Source of the DNA: Octopus sinensis
Lineage: Eukaryota
Reading direction: 5' to 3'
DNA: 64,000 nucleotides
Assembly (NCBI RefSeq): GCF_006345805.1
Contig: NC_042997.1
Location: forward strand, 66,154,001 to 66,218,000
Shown here piece after piece: positions 1 to 12,990 of this stretch; within the stretch, counting starts at the first letter, position 1, and each line of letters opens with the position of its first letter. The notes under the pieces were generated by a model. That model saw only the letters and a program-made list of their open reading frames with translations, was not told the DNA's origin and searched no databases. Made by a program: the position numbers and the translations under genes.

Positions 1-119
1 TGTAAAAGCATGTTGAATGTACATGTCACTTGTAGTTGTTATTTGTTGCTTTGAAAACAACATACGTTATCAAACCCCACCTTTTTAATACCTTATGTAA
101 GCAGGCATCCAACAGCCAC

Positions 120-340
120 ATTACATATGCATGCAAAATATGCATCCTATCTGTGCATGCTGCATATACAGAGATGTATGCATATAGTTTCACATACATG
201 TTCATTGAATTATAATCACACAGAATGTAGATATACACACGCATTTATACAAGGGATTATACTTAATACCAAACACACACACAAAATGAGCACAACACAC
301 AAAAACATATATACATACATGAAATGTGCACAAGCACAAA

Positions 341-398
<58 letters not shown>

Positions 399-554
399 TG
401 ACATGTGCAGAACACACAAAAATACATACACACATACATGCACAAAAATAAAGAAGCATACATGAAAAAATTTATTCTCCCTTTCTCTCTCTCTTCTGTC
501 TCCTACACACACATATACACACACAAGCAATATTTAAAATCAATCACAAATGTA

Positions 555-595
<41 letters not shown>

Positions 596-1010
596 CTGTG
601 AGCACAGTCATTTGCATGCAGTGTACACCTGTGCACATGAACACTTCACACAAATACACACAAAGAATTAAAGTTTAGAATGAGTTTCGCAAACAGAAAT
701 GTACAAATAGATGCGCACGCGCGTGAGCACACACACACACACTCATGCAGACACACACAAGCATACATGCACACACACATACATACATGCAATTGCAAAA
801 TAATTTTTTTAAATGACATTTAAAGTCATATGTCACAACCGAACACACACACACCAACAACACAGCAACAATGACAATAGCAATAACAACAACAGGCACA
901 CCTATAAATACATACAGAGAAAATAGTTTGAAAATCAGTCACAAAAACAAAAATGCATATATTCTCACACAAATACAAGCACACATACACATAATTACAC
1001 ACACACACTG
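120..1010. repeat. Long degenerate (CA)n-rich simple-sequence region with pure (CA)n tracts
   Basis: Pure tracts near 343-393 and 558-591. The ORFs here are HT/CV repeat translations. Confidence 0.9.
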
Positions 1011-1299
1011 TATTCTCATTTGATAATTTGTAAATATTCTTTTTTTATTTGCTACAGAATCTACTCATTGCTGTGCCTGTCTCTGTATATATGGAGTTGG
1101 AATAAAAGTGAGTCTGAATACAACATGGGTGATGGATGAGAGTTACTTCGCTTTGCTTCATTTAGTTTCAGTGTAACTCTCTCAGCATTGTCTTCGATTG
1201 GCAGAGAAAACAATTGAGCAAGGCATTAATGGATTCCTGAACTGTGTTGAGTGAATCAGGTATGTTGAATGACACAGAGCAAAACAAAGAACCTCACTA

Positions 1300-1830
1300 C
1301 AATGAAACATATAGAGGGCGAGAGGGAGAGAGGGCAGAGGACAGAGCAGGAGGAATATTGATAATGAAGATTGGGAAAGAGAGAGAAGGTAGTATTGATA
1401 AAGAAGGATAAGAAAGAAGGTGAGATAGAGTAAAAGAGGAGTGACAGAGAGTGATGGGATGGGAAGTGTGTGTTGATAAAGGATAAGAAAAAGAGAGGAA
1501 GAGATGGAGAGAGAAAGAAAACAGAAACAATACTGAGAGAAAATAGTGATACTAGACAGAGAGAGTAGTGAAAGTGAAAGTAAAAAAGTGAGGGATGAGT
1601 GAGTGAAAGAGTGTTGAGAGAAGGAGTATGTGTTTGTATGTTTGTGTGATAATGATAATCAGATATCAATTCCCTTAATAGCTCTCTCTCTCTCTCAGTC
1701 ATGCATTCACATTCACTCACTTTCCTCTCCTCTCCTTCCCTCACTCTTATCAAACTCAGAGAGAAGTAAGGAAGGAAGGCATGTAAAATAAAGAGGAGGA
1801 AAGTAAAAAGAAAAAAAAAAAAAAAGGTAA
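1300..1830. repeat. Purine-rich (GA) low-complexity tract
   Basis: The plus strand is dominated by G/A over about 500 bp. Confidence 0.8.
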
Positions 1831-2049
1831 AGCGAATAGATAGAGGAAAGATTTCAGCTTTTACTTCTGCTTGCAACTGACAGATGATAATTTTGAATGT
1901 GTTAAAATATGTACTACACTGCTTTATATGTAATGATGTCGTTGTTGCTGCTGCTGTTGTCATTGCATAGCCCCAGGTTAGCCCTGACCAAACAGACTTC
2001 ATAAAGACAATATAGAAACGACTATCCAATGTTCTTTTGTTACCTTTAA

Positions 2050-2452
2050 CCTTTTACTTGTTTCAGTCATTAGACTGTAGCAATGCTGGAGTACCACCTT
2101 GAGGAATTCTTTGTTGAATGAATTGACCCCAAGACTCATTCTTTTTGTTTTTAAAGCTTGGTACTTATTTTATTGCTCTCTTTTGCTGAACTGCTAGGTT
2201 ACAGGGATGCAAAACAGACCAACACTGGTTGTGAAGCAGGAGTGGGGGAGACAAACACATACACAAAGACACACACACATATATACAGATACATATATGA
2301 CACTGACACAAAGACACACACAGATACATAAATGTAAATAAATATATTATGGGCTTCTTTCAGTTTTCATCTACCAAATCCACTCACACAGCTTTGGTTG
2401 GCCTGAGGCTATAGTAGGTGTCACACAGTGGGACTGAACCCAGAATCACGTT
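2050..2452 (-). mobile_element. SINE family A copy (tRNA-like head, CORE-like block, central microsatellite, tail ...gactgaaacaagtaaaag)
   Basis: Matches the many other copies in the window, e.g. 4525-4942. Confidence 0.8.
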
Positions 2453-2548
2453 TGCTTGTTTGTTTTTCTTGAGAGTGAAATTCAGATATAATGTATCAAA
2501 GACTATATAGAAGGCATATGGCTCAGTGGTTAGGGTATTCAGCTCATG

Positions 2549-3129
2549 ATTCTTTTGGTGAATCACCGCCCAAGTTTTTTTTTTAATTTGTTTGGACTGA
2601 GATTCATTATCGGAGGAACCACACGCATGCGCAAACACAGGCACACATGTGCAAACACGCACACACACACACACACAGCATAGACATGATTTTTTGATGG
2701 CCATGTTCTAACCCGAGCCACAGCAACAAAGTCCACCTGCTACACTTCTTGATCTATCATCACTGCCTCAAGGTCCTGGATACATTCCAAGTCACTGTGA
2801 TTGACATTTTCCTCTTCTGATCACCATGAATTGGCTTCCACAAGACTAATTTGAATGTTTCCAACTCAGGGTGGTGTACACAGTGTCCAGTTAGTCACAG
2901 ATGTCTTTGCCTGATCTTCTTGCTAACTTTCTGCAGGTCTCCATAAAGGCATCATTTGCCATATGTTGCTGGCATTTCACATTTAGGGCTATTCATGGAA
3001 GTGTGGAATTTTGATCTACTCTGATGGTGACCTTGTGTGTGTGCGTATGGTTCCTCCGATAATGAATCTCAGTCCAGACAAATTTTAAAAAAAAGAAGAA
3101 AAACTTGGGCAGTGATTCATCAAAAGAAT
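2549..3129. mobile_element. Foldback/TIR element with about 80-bp inverted termini and an internal RTE-LINE 3' fragment
   Basis: attcttttggtgaatcaccgcccaag...ggactgagattcattatcggaggaacca is mirrored at about 3040-3129. The interior reads on minus as LYGDLQKVSKKIRQRHL*LTGHCVHHPELETFKLVLWKPIHG, an RTE C-terminal pattern. Confidence 0.75.
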
Positions 3130-4524
3130 TTACCTTGTTTCTCCCTTGTTTAGAATTGTAGCATCAACAGGGATTCTTTAGCTTTAAATGGAAAGAGCAA
3201 GTAATCTCATGAGTGCCAATGGTATGAAAAAGGCACCCAGTGTACTCTATAAAGTGGTTGGTTTTAGGAAGGGCATTGGGCTATATAGAAGCCATGTCAA
3301 AGATGATATTGGAGCTCGCTGCAGTTCTGCAGCTCACTGGTTTCCGATCAAACCCTTCCAACAGTGCCAGTATGGAAAGCGGATATTAAAAGATGATTAC
3401 CCTTGATTGGTAATTTTTCCACTTGACCCCCAAAAGGGTGAAAGGCAATGTTCACCTTGCCAGGATTTTAACCCCAGAGTGCAAAGAGTAGGAACAAACA
3501 CTATGAGATATTTCATCCAACTCTCTAACAACTCTGCTAATTTGCACAGGCAACAAAACACATACAATACATATTAAGGCAACACACATACACACATATA
3601 ATATATATAAAGGCAACACAAAGACACACATACAGACACACATAACAGTTCCTACATCCATCCCAATGAGGCAACTTCAATGCAATCACTCAAACTTCTA
3701 GAAATAGCACCAAACTCTCATCTAAATCACAGCATGCTATCTTCAAAAATAGGAAAGTCGCATTGAATAATACAGTCTTGAAACATCTTTGACCATCGGT
3801 CCACTTGATCAGAGTAGACCTGGGGCTAAATAACAACACCAACAACACGAACCTTCAACAAACAGGCACCCTCATAAGTTAGACTACTAAATATCATACA
3901 ATACTGACATAATGTTAAACGCAAGGCTTGTCAACATGAATCTAACATCATGAATTTAGCCAATATTTCATATTGATTAAGCTATGTTAGTACTGTATAG
4001 CCGTTGTTGAGGACTACATCATAAAAAAATCTCATGAACAAAATCTTAAGCTGCATTATCATTTAATACATAATAATATTATTGATATTCATGATGACTA
4101 TCTGAAGAATTAATGTTTATTGAATAGGGATGAAGTATAACATTAAAATGTGGGGAGAATGTATGAATTTGGAATAATTATGCCTGCACCACAGACTTAT
4201 GAAATGTAAGTGAAGTGGTCCCAATGCAGAGCAATGACTCACACCACCATAGTGTTGATTATCATAAATATGATAATCAGGCATGGTAGCATGGTAATGA
4301 TGATCACTCCACAACAATGTGGCTTCAGGTTTCATCCCACTGCATAGCACCTTAGGTAAATGTTTCCTACTTTGGCCACAAGCTGACCAATGTCTTGTGA
4401 GTGAAATTTAGCAGATGGAAACTGTAAGGAACCATATACATAGACATGCATTCAGGTATCTATCAATCTGTGTGTGTGTGTGTGTGTGTGTGCGAACACG
4501 CGTATGTTTGTGTGTGAGTATACA

Positions 4525-4694
4525 TAGGAGTAGCAGTGTGGTAAGAAACTTGCTTTCTAACCACATGGTTCCAAGTTCAGTCTCACTGCATGGCACCATG
4601 GACAAGTGTCTTCTACTATAGCCTCAAGCCAGCCAATGCCTTATGAGTGGATTTGGTAGGAGGAAACTGAAAGAAGCCCGTTGTATATATATGC

Positions 4695-4725
<31 letters not shown>

Positions 4726-4942
4726 AGTCTTTGTGTCTGTGTTTTACCCCAACGACCACCACTTGAAAACTGATGTTGGTGTGTTTATATCCTTGTAACT
4801 TAGCAGTTTGGCAATAGAGACTGATAGAATAAGTACCAGACTTCAAATATAAGTCCTGGGGTCAGTTCATTCAACTAAGTAAAAAATTCAAGGCAATGCC
4901 CCAGCATGGCCACAGTGTCATGGACTAAAACAAGTAAAAGGT
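4525..4942 (+). mobile_element. Near full-length SINE family A copy
   Basis: Head gtagcagtgtggtaagaaacttgc...ggttccaagttcagtc, block gcaccatggacaagtgtcttctactatagcc, central (TA)n/(GT)n, tail ccccagcatggccacag...aaacaagtaaaag. Confidence 0.85.
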
Positions 4943-5559
4943 AATATATATATATATATATATATATATATTCGCACACACATACAGACATTATCAAGAT
5001 GACTTAGCTCCTCATATTGCTTTTGTGGATGTGAAAGGATGTCCATCTCCTTGGACAATCAAAAGCAATGAAAATCAAGTTGGCATCTTTATTACAGAGA
5101 GAACTTAATCCCCATTGGCCAGTTCAGATTGTGTTGGTTTTACTAGATAGAAGCACTCCACAAGTTAAATCAGGCAAGATATTAATATCACTTAGTCCTT
5201 GAGACTTATTTGGTGTTCCAGTGATATCAATCCTTAAGACATGGTGGCAGTGAGAAATGGCCTCCGTATTAGAGGGAGAGAGAGATGTTCAGTTATGGTC
5301 ATGTGGATGTTGTGATAATTTAGTGACCACAGACAGTAGGTGAAGATGCACTATGTGTTAAAGCAGGTTGAAGGCTAATGTCACTTAGTCACCAGTGTGT
5401 GATATCTGGTGCTGATGTGTACAGTGTGTATCCTGCATCTAGGAGCAGCTGGAATGAGGGTGGTAATCTTTGTGAGCAGCTTGGTATATTGGGATTATCA
5501 GAAGTCAATGGTTTGAAAGATGTCAAAAGTGCATGACAGCAATATGAAATATGTGTCTA

Positions 5560-5800
5560 TCAATGGATACTGCAGGCTACTGAAGCATGTGCAGCTTTTC
5601 AGGGAGGCAGAGTTGGCAGTTTTGAGCTCCAGGCAAATAAGGAAGGGACCTGTTGAGTATATTCCATTTGGTGTTGGGTAAGGTGCTACTATAGTCCTGG
5701 AATCTCTGGATAAAGTGGGACAAGGATGTGGAGATTTCCCTGTCCCTATATCTGAAGAAGTAGAAATACATATGTTGTATCTTCCTTTGAATCACTGGCC
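5560..5800 (-). mobile_element. Penelope-like element fragment (GIY-YIG C-terminal region)
   Basis: STSLSHFIQRFQD...KWNILNRSLPYLPGAQNCQLCLPEK matches the Penelope-like KW.IL...PY.PG...C.LCL.EK pattern. Confidence 0.7.
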
Positions 5801-5817
5801 ATCATACCCATATATCA

Positions 5818-6040
5818 TCATTATCATCACTTAATGTCTGTCTTCCATGCTGGCATGGTTTGGATGGTTTGATTAGAGTAAGGCCTGGGGCACACCAGGC
5901 TCCATTGTCTGTTTTGGCACAGTTTCTTCAGCTGGATGCCATTCCTAATACAACCACTCCATAGAGTGTACTGGGTGCTTTTAATGTGGCACCAGCACAA
6001 GTGCTTTTTATGTGACATCAGCACCAGCACCAGATATCTC
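5818..6040 (-). mobile_element. Family B short retroposon (LINE-like tail ccaacccatgccagcatgga...(gat)n)
   Basis: Shares the aaagcacccagtacactc...ggcatccagctg...ccatgccagcatgga modules and ends in (GAT)n. Confidence 0.75.
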
Positions 6041-6994
6041 AGTCCTTCAGAAGGCTCAGTGTCTTGAGATTAGCCTTCAATACTTCATCCTCAACTTTCA
6101 AGTGTCTTGTAATTGCATTGGGAGTTATGAGGGTGGGCCTACAGACCATTTCAGCACTTGTAGATAGGAGTGTGGGATGGAAATTGGGTGGATGTATGCA
6201 ATATTAGAAATGATGTAATCTAAACATGAGTAGTAGAGCATACCATAATGGAAACTGAAAAGTTCATGGCAGCTGTGGGCTCTACACAATCATTACGTAG
6301 TCACTTTCCTGCAAGACATAATGGCCAAATGTATTTCAAACCCTAGGTAACCCTAAAAAAAGACAAAATACTTTTTGCTGGAAGGCATTTGAGTATATGT
6401 GGAACTAAACAATAACAATAGCAGCAGCAACAACAACAGGTACTAATACTTGATGGTTACTTGGCAGCAGTAAGAAGGACATTCAACTATAAAATATTTA
6501 TTCCAATAATAGATAAACATCCAGATTTACAACTGCAATTCCTACTCAGACAAAATTGTAAAAATCATCATTATTATTACCATTGTTACATCCATCTTTT
6601 CTATACAGGCAAGGGTTGATTGGGACTTATTGAGGTAATATTCTAAAGTTGGATGCCTTTCCTGTTGCTAACATTTCTCCTTCAAGTAAAGTAATATTTA
6701 TTCAGTTGGCCTTCACTGCTAATCTACAGGTCAGATTATTTGCAAGAGCCATAAACAAGCATCACCATTTTTGCTCAAACAATGTCAAAGTAAAGACAGT
6801 TGTACATTACAAATACACAAACACACACATAGACAGACACACACACACAGACACACACACACACAAAATGGATTTCCATCTAGTTTTTCTTTACTAATTT
6901 CATTCACAAAGCACTGACCCACTCGAGGCTATTTTAGAAGACATTTGCCAAAGGGGCCACACAATGGGATGGAACCTGAAACCACATATTCATG

Positions 6995-7110
6995 AAACAG
7001 CTGTAACTGTAACTAAATATAATGTATCCAAAGAGACAATATGTAGGAGAGCCAAACAGCTGTAACTGTAACTAAATATAAGGTATCCAAAGAGACAATA
7101 TGTAGGAGAG
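6995..7110. repeat. 59-bp tandem duplication
   Basis: aaacagctgtaactgtaactaaatataa(t/g)gtatccaaagagacaatatgtaggagag occurs twice with 1 substitution. Confidence 0.95.
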
Positions 7111-9412
7111 AAGTTGTAATATGAGAGAGAAACCCAGGCTCGATAGAGAGGCTAATCAATTGTAATAAATCCCCAACTGAATTCCAAGTCTTGTGACAAA
7201 TATAAAAATAACTGTTATTTAGCCCTAGGTCAAATTTGTTCCAGCAGACCTATAATAAGCTGTATTCCAGCTAAGCATATCCCATCCTTTTTTATATATC
7301 TAAGACCGCAATGTCCAGTGAGTACTTCCTCTTTTAATATGGTAGAGTGTGATTTGGAGAAGATTATCTGCTATTTCTAACAGGTCAACTACAGAGAAGT
7401 TCCATCATGATTATACGAAGTTAACTGGAATCAGCAAATAGTGTTAATTTACTCACAGGGCAATTCAAATAATAATTTGCATAATTCACAAACTAACAAT
7501 CTAAAATAAGAATAAAACACCTCTGAACAATTTGTATTCATCGATAATAATGTCACTGAATTCGATTAAGTGAGGAAATTCAATGAGAAAATATTGTGAA
7601 AATACATTTAGTCTTGTAAACATAATGGTGTTAAAACGATAAAAAGCAGTACTGTCAAAGGAATGAAATCTACTAATGTCGTTCTTTCATGGTTTAACAT
7701 ACAATAACACATGAACAGCAGGTCATTGAATCATAGGAAGTATGGAGATTAATAAAGTAGGATATTTTTGTAAGATACAAGGAAAAGTATGAGGAAGGCT
7801 AAATTACCCAGACAGAAATGGTCAGTAATTAAGTATAGTCAAGTAATGAGAATGTCTTTCCCTAACAGGATTTAAAACCAAATAGAGCTTTAATATATGG
7901 AGGAATCATAATCTTTTAATGTTTGGACAGTACTGCAATGGCTAATATGAAATAAAGGATCAAAGAAATAACAGACCTTCAACAAAATCACTAGTTATTA
8001 AACAAAATACACACATGCAATAAACGAAGGAGATTTGAAAATACCAACCTCAAACAATGAACCCAAACTTCAGCACTATAACATACAAAGAACAATGCAT
8101 GAGAGGTGAAATAGATTATATCACAAACAGCAGCCATAGAAGTCAGAAGTTAGATAAGTAAGATCTAAATAATATTACCATAACATCAAAGTTCTGAAAG
8201 TTAAGGTTCCTAGGTTGTACAGTTCAGCAATATTTCACAGAGTTGCACAGAGCTGCAATGCTGAGGTTATGTTTGAAAAGCAGATTATATAATAACTCTG
8301 CAATAACGGCTGACTTACCAAACACAAAAGGAAACACAGGGATTAAATAAATGAATTAAAATTAAGAGGCGTTGAAGAATAGTGCCTACTCTGAAAATAG
8401 CACTGACAAATAAATACAAAGAGAGAATATAAATAGGTATTGAAGCAATACAACTAATTCTACCAGAAATAGACCATATGCACTACAAGGCAGCTTAATA
8501 TGATATAGGACTATAAATGGGAAAAAAAACTCAAAACAAAAGACAAACAATGAGGAAACAAACAAACAAAAAATAACATTGGAGAACAAAAATAGCCGAG
8601 GAACACAAAAACAAAATGAAGGATTTATCAATATTAACAGATATCCAAAATAATTATTCCCAAGTAGAACTAAGATAGGAACTATAGTGTCAAAACAAAA
8701 ATAGAAATACCAGATATTAGAGGGAAACAAATGATGGTTTATCTGAGAAGATAAACAATTTATATGCTGTTTCACATCTCTTTTCATACTAGTGTGAAAA
8801 GGAATGCTTTTATTTGAGTAGTTTTTTGTTTTTTGTTTTTTCTCCTCACAGTTGGATCAAGGGTCTCTTTGCAAAGAAAGCTTTAGATATAAGTATCACT
8901 GTGTGGTTAAGGATTTGGTTGACAGAAAGTGTGTGTGTGTGTGCATGAGAGAGAGAGAGAGTTTGGGTTTGTGCAAGTGTGTGTCAACTGTTTAACAACC
9001 AGTGTTGGTTTGTTTACATCCCCATAACTTAGTGGTAGTTCACCAAAATAGATCAACAGAATAAGTACAAGCAGTACTTAAAAAAAAGTAAGTAGTAGGG
9101 TTGATTTATTTGACTAAACTCTTCAAGGCAGTGCCCCAGCATGGCCAGAGACCAATAACTGAAATAAGTATATGATAAAAATAAACTCAGCCACTGATCA
9201 CCAATTTATGTCAGTCGAACATACCCAGAAGCAATAGTTGTAATGAAATTCAAACTAATAACCAGGGAATTGACAGTGCAGTAACTAAACCTCAGACATT
9301 AAAAGAAAAATTGAAAAAAGAAAAATAATTAATTTAGGAAAAATGAGAGAATACCCCATTAAGGAATAAACACAAAATATATTAATAGGTCAGAATCTTC
9401 AAGGACAAAACT

Positions 9413-9617
9413 TTAATCTTTTAGCATTCAATTCAGCCATAACCAAGCTAAATATTATACCTGTTTTATGTTAATATTGACCACATCCAATCTCTCAGAC
9501 CTACTTTACAATAGCATTCTAGAAATATACAAACACACCATTGAAATTTTGAAGCTAGAAGACAAAATGTGATTCATTTGAAGCAATGACAAAGAAATCT
9601 GAATGCTAAAGGATTAA
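9413..9617. mobile_element. piggyBac-like MITE, family 1
   Basis: TTAA at both ends and degenerate termini (c)ttttagcattc / gaatgctaaagg. The same family occurs at 34045 and 54063. Confidence 0.75.
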
Positions 9618-9969
9618 AGAATTCCAGTAAAAAATAGGAAAAACAAGGATTATCACATAGATTAAAGCCATTAAATATATAACAGAACCTACCAAAATAA
9701 TTATGATCTGGACACAACACTAATAATAAAGAATAAGGAGGAGGAGAGTGGGGAAGCTGTAAAAACAGATCATATTCCCAATGTTTGGCAAGTGGTATGA
9801 ATGAATGAGGCTTAATCATAAATTTCAAATTTTGTCACAAAGCCAGCAATTTCAGGAGAGGTGGTAAGTTGATTAGATCAACCCCAGTGCTCAGCTTGTA
9901 CTTTTTTAGTGACACTGAAAGGATGAAAGGCAATGTCTACCTAGGTGGAATTTGAACTCAGAACATAAA

Positions 9970-10740
9970 TTTAGATAGCTAAACAGAAAGGTGGGATGTT
10001 GACAGAATATCTATATACAAGAACACAGAACCAGCAGTCCACAGAAGGATGCTAGGAAGACAGGCAGTCAGGTGAACAAATAGTGAAATATAAGGAGTGA
10101 TGGAAGAAACAGCAAAACAGAAAGAGGGTACAAATAAGAGACAAGAGGTGGGAAAAAAGAAGAAAGCTAGAACTCTAGGACAGAGAGAGTAACAAGGAGA
10201 GGCAACATGATAAAAAATTAAGTGAGTAAATGACAGAAAATGATAACGACAAAAAGAGAAAGAATGGGAGAGATTTATAAATGATATTAAAGTGTGAAGA
10301 AGGAGAAATACATTGGGAAATAAAAAGAAATGAAGGCAGATTTCAACTGTGAGAAAGAAAGAGAAAAAAATTACCAAGAGAGAGAGTCAAAGAGAGGAAA
10401 TAATGAGATATGTGAATAAATCAATGAAAATAATGAAGGAGTGATAGAATATGAATAAGGGAAGAGACAATGGCTCAAATATGCAAGAGGTAATTGGAAG
10501 TCATATGAAGAAACTCTCAGTCACAAAGAAATTGCTCTGTTTCAAACAGTAGGAAAAAAGATGACAATATCATAAGACAATTGCCCAGTATGAACAGAGA
10601 AATACAAAATGGAAAAAGGCAATTGCCTAATATGAACAGAGAAGTGCAAAATGGAAACAAGAAAAAGCAGAATCAAAACTCAAGGATAACTGGAAGAAAA
10701 CAAAAGTAAACGCAACAGTAAAACAGAGCATGATTTAAAG
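9970..10740 (+). mobile_element. Highly decayed LINE endonuclease/linker remnant (tentative)
   Basis: Purine-rich stretch with ADFNC (GDFN-like) and KYARGNWKSYEETL motifs in broken frames. Confidence 0.3.
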
Positions 10741-10978
10741 TATAAATATTAAGAATTACTGAAAAGTGACTGAAATAAACTCTATTGGTTTTGTCAGTTA
10801 CTTTGCTAGTATATACATATAAAAATATATTTTAGTACACTGTATAAGTGGATACTAAGATTATCAAATATAATACAATGACAAAACACGAACAATACTG
10901 TGAAATCAATATGTGATGGCTTCAGAAGATGAAATGGTTACTATTTGTTTTTACTTTTTTAAATTTTTGTTTTTATAG

Positions 10979-11032
10979 GACCGTAAATGGCAGCCTGGAC
11001 ACTCCTATTGGTGTTATGGAAGCAACCAGTAA
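10979..11032 (+). CDS. Candidate short exon (possibly terminal), product unknown
   Basis: GC-richer island after a strong acceptor (ttttgtttttatag). Reads DRKWQPGHSYWCYGSNQ* or TVNGSLDTPIGVMEATSK*, with AATAAA next to the stop. No homolog recognised. Confidence 0.25.
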   Translation, partial: DRKWQPGHSYWCYGSNQ

Positions 11033-11499
11033 ATAAAGATAGTCTACAAGTTTCTAGAATACTAAAGACATTTAAAAGAAAGCAATAAAATATTAATATA
11101 ATAACAAATTATGATAATGTCATACATATCTCAAGAAAGGAAATGAATATATTTCCTCGATATTACTGGCTTTTAAAGTTCATCTCTGAGATACTGATTA
11201 ACTCTTGGATAGCTATCTATCTCATCTCATCTAACTATTCAATATATGAATGTGAATGACGGTGATAAAATTCTGGTGTTTGAGAAACTTTATCTGAATG
11301 GGAAAACAATAAAGAATTGAAATTGATTAAAAACAAGTAGAACGGAAAATAACATTCTTGCAATAAAAGTGGTTTTAAACAGCATCAGATAAAAACCGAG
11401 GTAAAAATATGGAAGAAAAAATGCTACATATTGTTGATCATGTTTGGGAATTTTTTTTTTTTTTTTGCTTATCAAAAATGTTCGAGCTAAGGCCATCTT

Positions 11500-11872
11500 T
11501 TATCTTTTTATGTTTTTACTTGTTTTTGTCACTGGATTGTGGCCATGCTGGAGCACTACTCTGAAGAGTTTAATTAAGCCTATCAACCTTAGTACTTACA
11601 TTTTTAAAAGTTTGGTACTTATTTTAGCAATATCTTTTGCTGAAGTGGTGTGTTGCAAGAATGTAAACAAACCAGCACCAATTGTCAAGCAGTGGGGAGG
11701 AGAAACAAATACAAACACACACACATTATGTACAATCCATTTCTACACACTTTCCATATACGAAACCTACTGATAAGGCATTGATAGGCCAAAGGTTGTA
11801 GTAGAAGACACTTGTCCAAGATGCCATGCAGTGGGACTGAACCCATAATAATGTGGTTGCAAATCAAGCTTC
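11500..11872 (-). mobile_element. SINE family A copy
   Basis: Reverse-complement match to 4525-4942. Confidence 0.8.
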
Positions 11873-12579
11873 ATGAGAGAGAGAGAGAGGATTCTGCACA
11901 CTTTTCTCTACTAAAGCTATGAGGTAATGCATGATTAATTCAAAACAATAGGAATAAACAAGTATTATATTTGAGAGAAAAATTTGGATGTTAAAGGGTT
12001 AAGTCTATAGTAAGAGGCACTTGTCTTCATTGAAAATGAACATGGAACCACAGTCTTATGGAGTAAACCTCTTCCTTATCCACACAACCATGCCTCTGCC
12101 TATATACACAGACAATTTGTTTTTGTTTGTCTAAGTGCTATTCATATTTTCAGGGATATATCATCTGCAGAACTTCCTAGCAAAGAAGTGAAGTACACAG
12201 ATTTATATAGCACTAAAAAAAGCAAGTAATTTATTTTCATTAAATATATTTCTGATAAATTCCATTTATCTCCTGATCAGTCAATATATAGATTTTTGTT
12301 TCTAGTTCTCTCTTTAACAAAGGCCGAAAATATAGCTGTATCTACTTAATATTATTTGCTTGCCATTAATTGGATAGCTAATGGTAGAACACTGGACCAA
12401 ATGTCTTGCAATATTTCATCATGTTCTTTTATGCTTCATGTTCAAACCTAGCTAGAATCAACTTTGTTTACAATCTTAATGGATTGATAAGATAAGTAGC
12501 AGTCAAGCATTGACATTGATTAAATCACACAAACACTTTTCCCTCAAAAAATGTTTGTCTGGTGCCTGTTTTCCATCCA

Positions 12580-12990
12580 ACCATCTTTTCCACTCACCAT
12601 TATTGTGAGGGCCAATGGGGACAATAGAGTCCCCAGGCACTTCCTCTATGGGATCCTATCTGAGGCAACTGTCATTACACTTTCCAACTGGATTCCCAAG
12701 TGTGACTAACTGAGACTATGGATATTATCTAACCATTTCATTCTTGGTCTATTCCTCATTCTCTGGCCAGGTGGCCCAGCTTGAAGAATCCACCTTGTGA
12801 TATTCTATTCACATATACATAGTACCAGAGCTCGGACCTCTCAATATGAAGAAACTCTCATATCTCCAAGCTACACACCCTGTCGAGTAATGTTACTCCA
12901 GAGATCCTTTGGAGGAACCCCAGTTTGGCTCCTTGTATTCACAATTGTACTCTTTTAGTTATTACTCACCATTCATGATCAGATGTGAGA
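12580..12990 (-). mobile_element. RTE-clade LINE 3' fragment, decayed
   Basis: Minus frames give DHEW*VITKRVQL*IQGAKLGFLQRISGVTLLDRVCSLEI, the RTE post-RT pattern. Confidence 0.65.

Noticed and set aside
26-1008. Many overlapping ORFs (HTHT/CVCV peptides)
   Set aside because: They are translations of (CA)n/(TG)n simple sequence.
1256-2029. 257-aa minus-strand ORF, the second longest in the track
   Set aside because: It is an F/L/S-rich translation of a pyrimidine-rich low-complexity strand that lacks stops by composition.
6240-6345. Strong minus-strand acceptor (attttgtctttttttag) as the next exon after UBA
   Set aside because: The required phase gives W-V-T-stop, and there is no good donor.
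8386-8787. 133-aa hydrophobic ORF resembling a membrane protein
   Set aside because: It is the antisense reading of an A-rich tract, with no motif or splice support.
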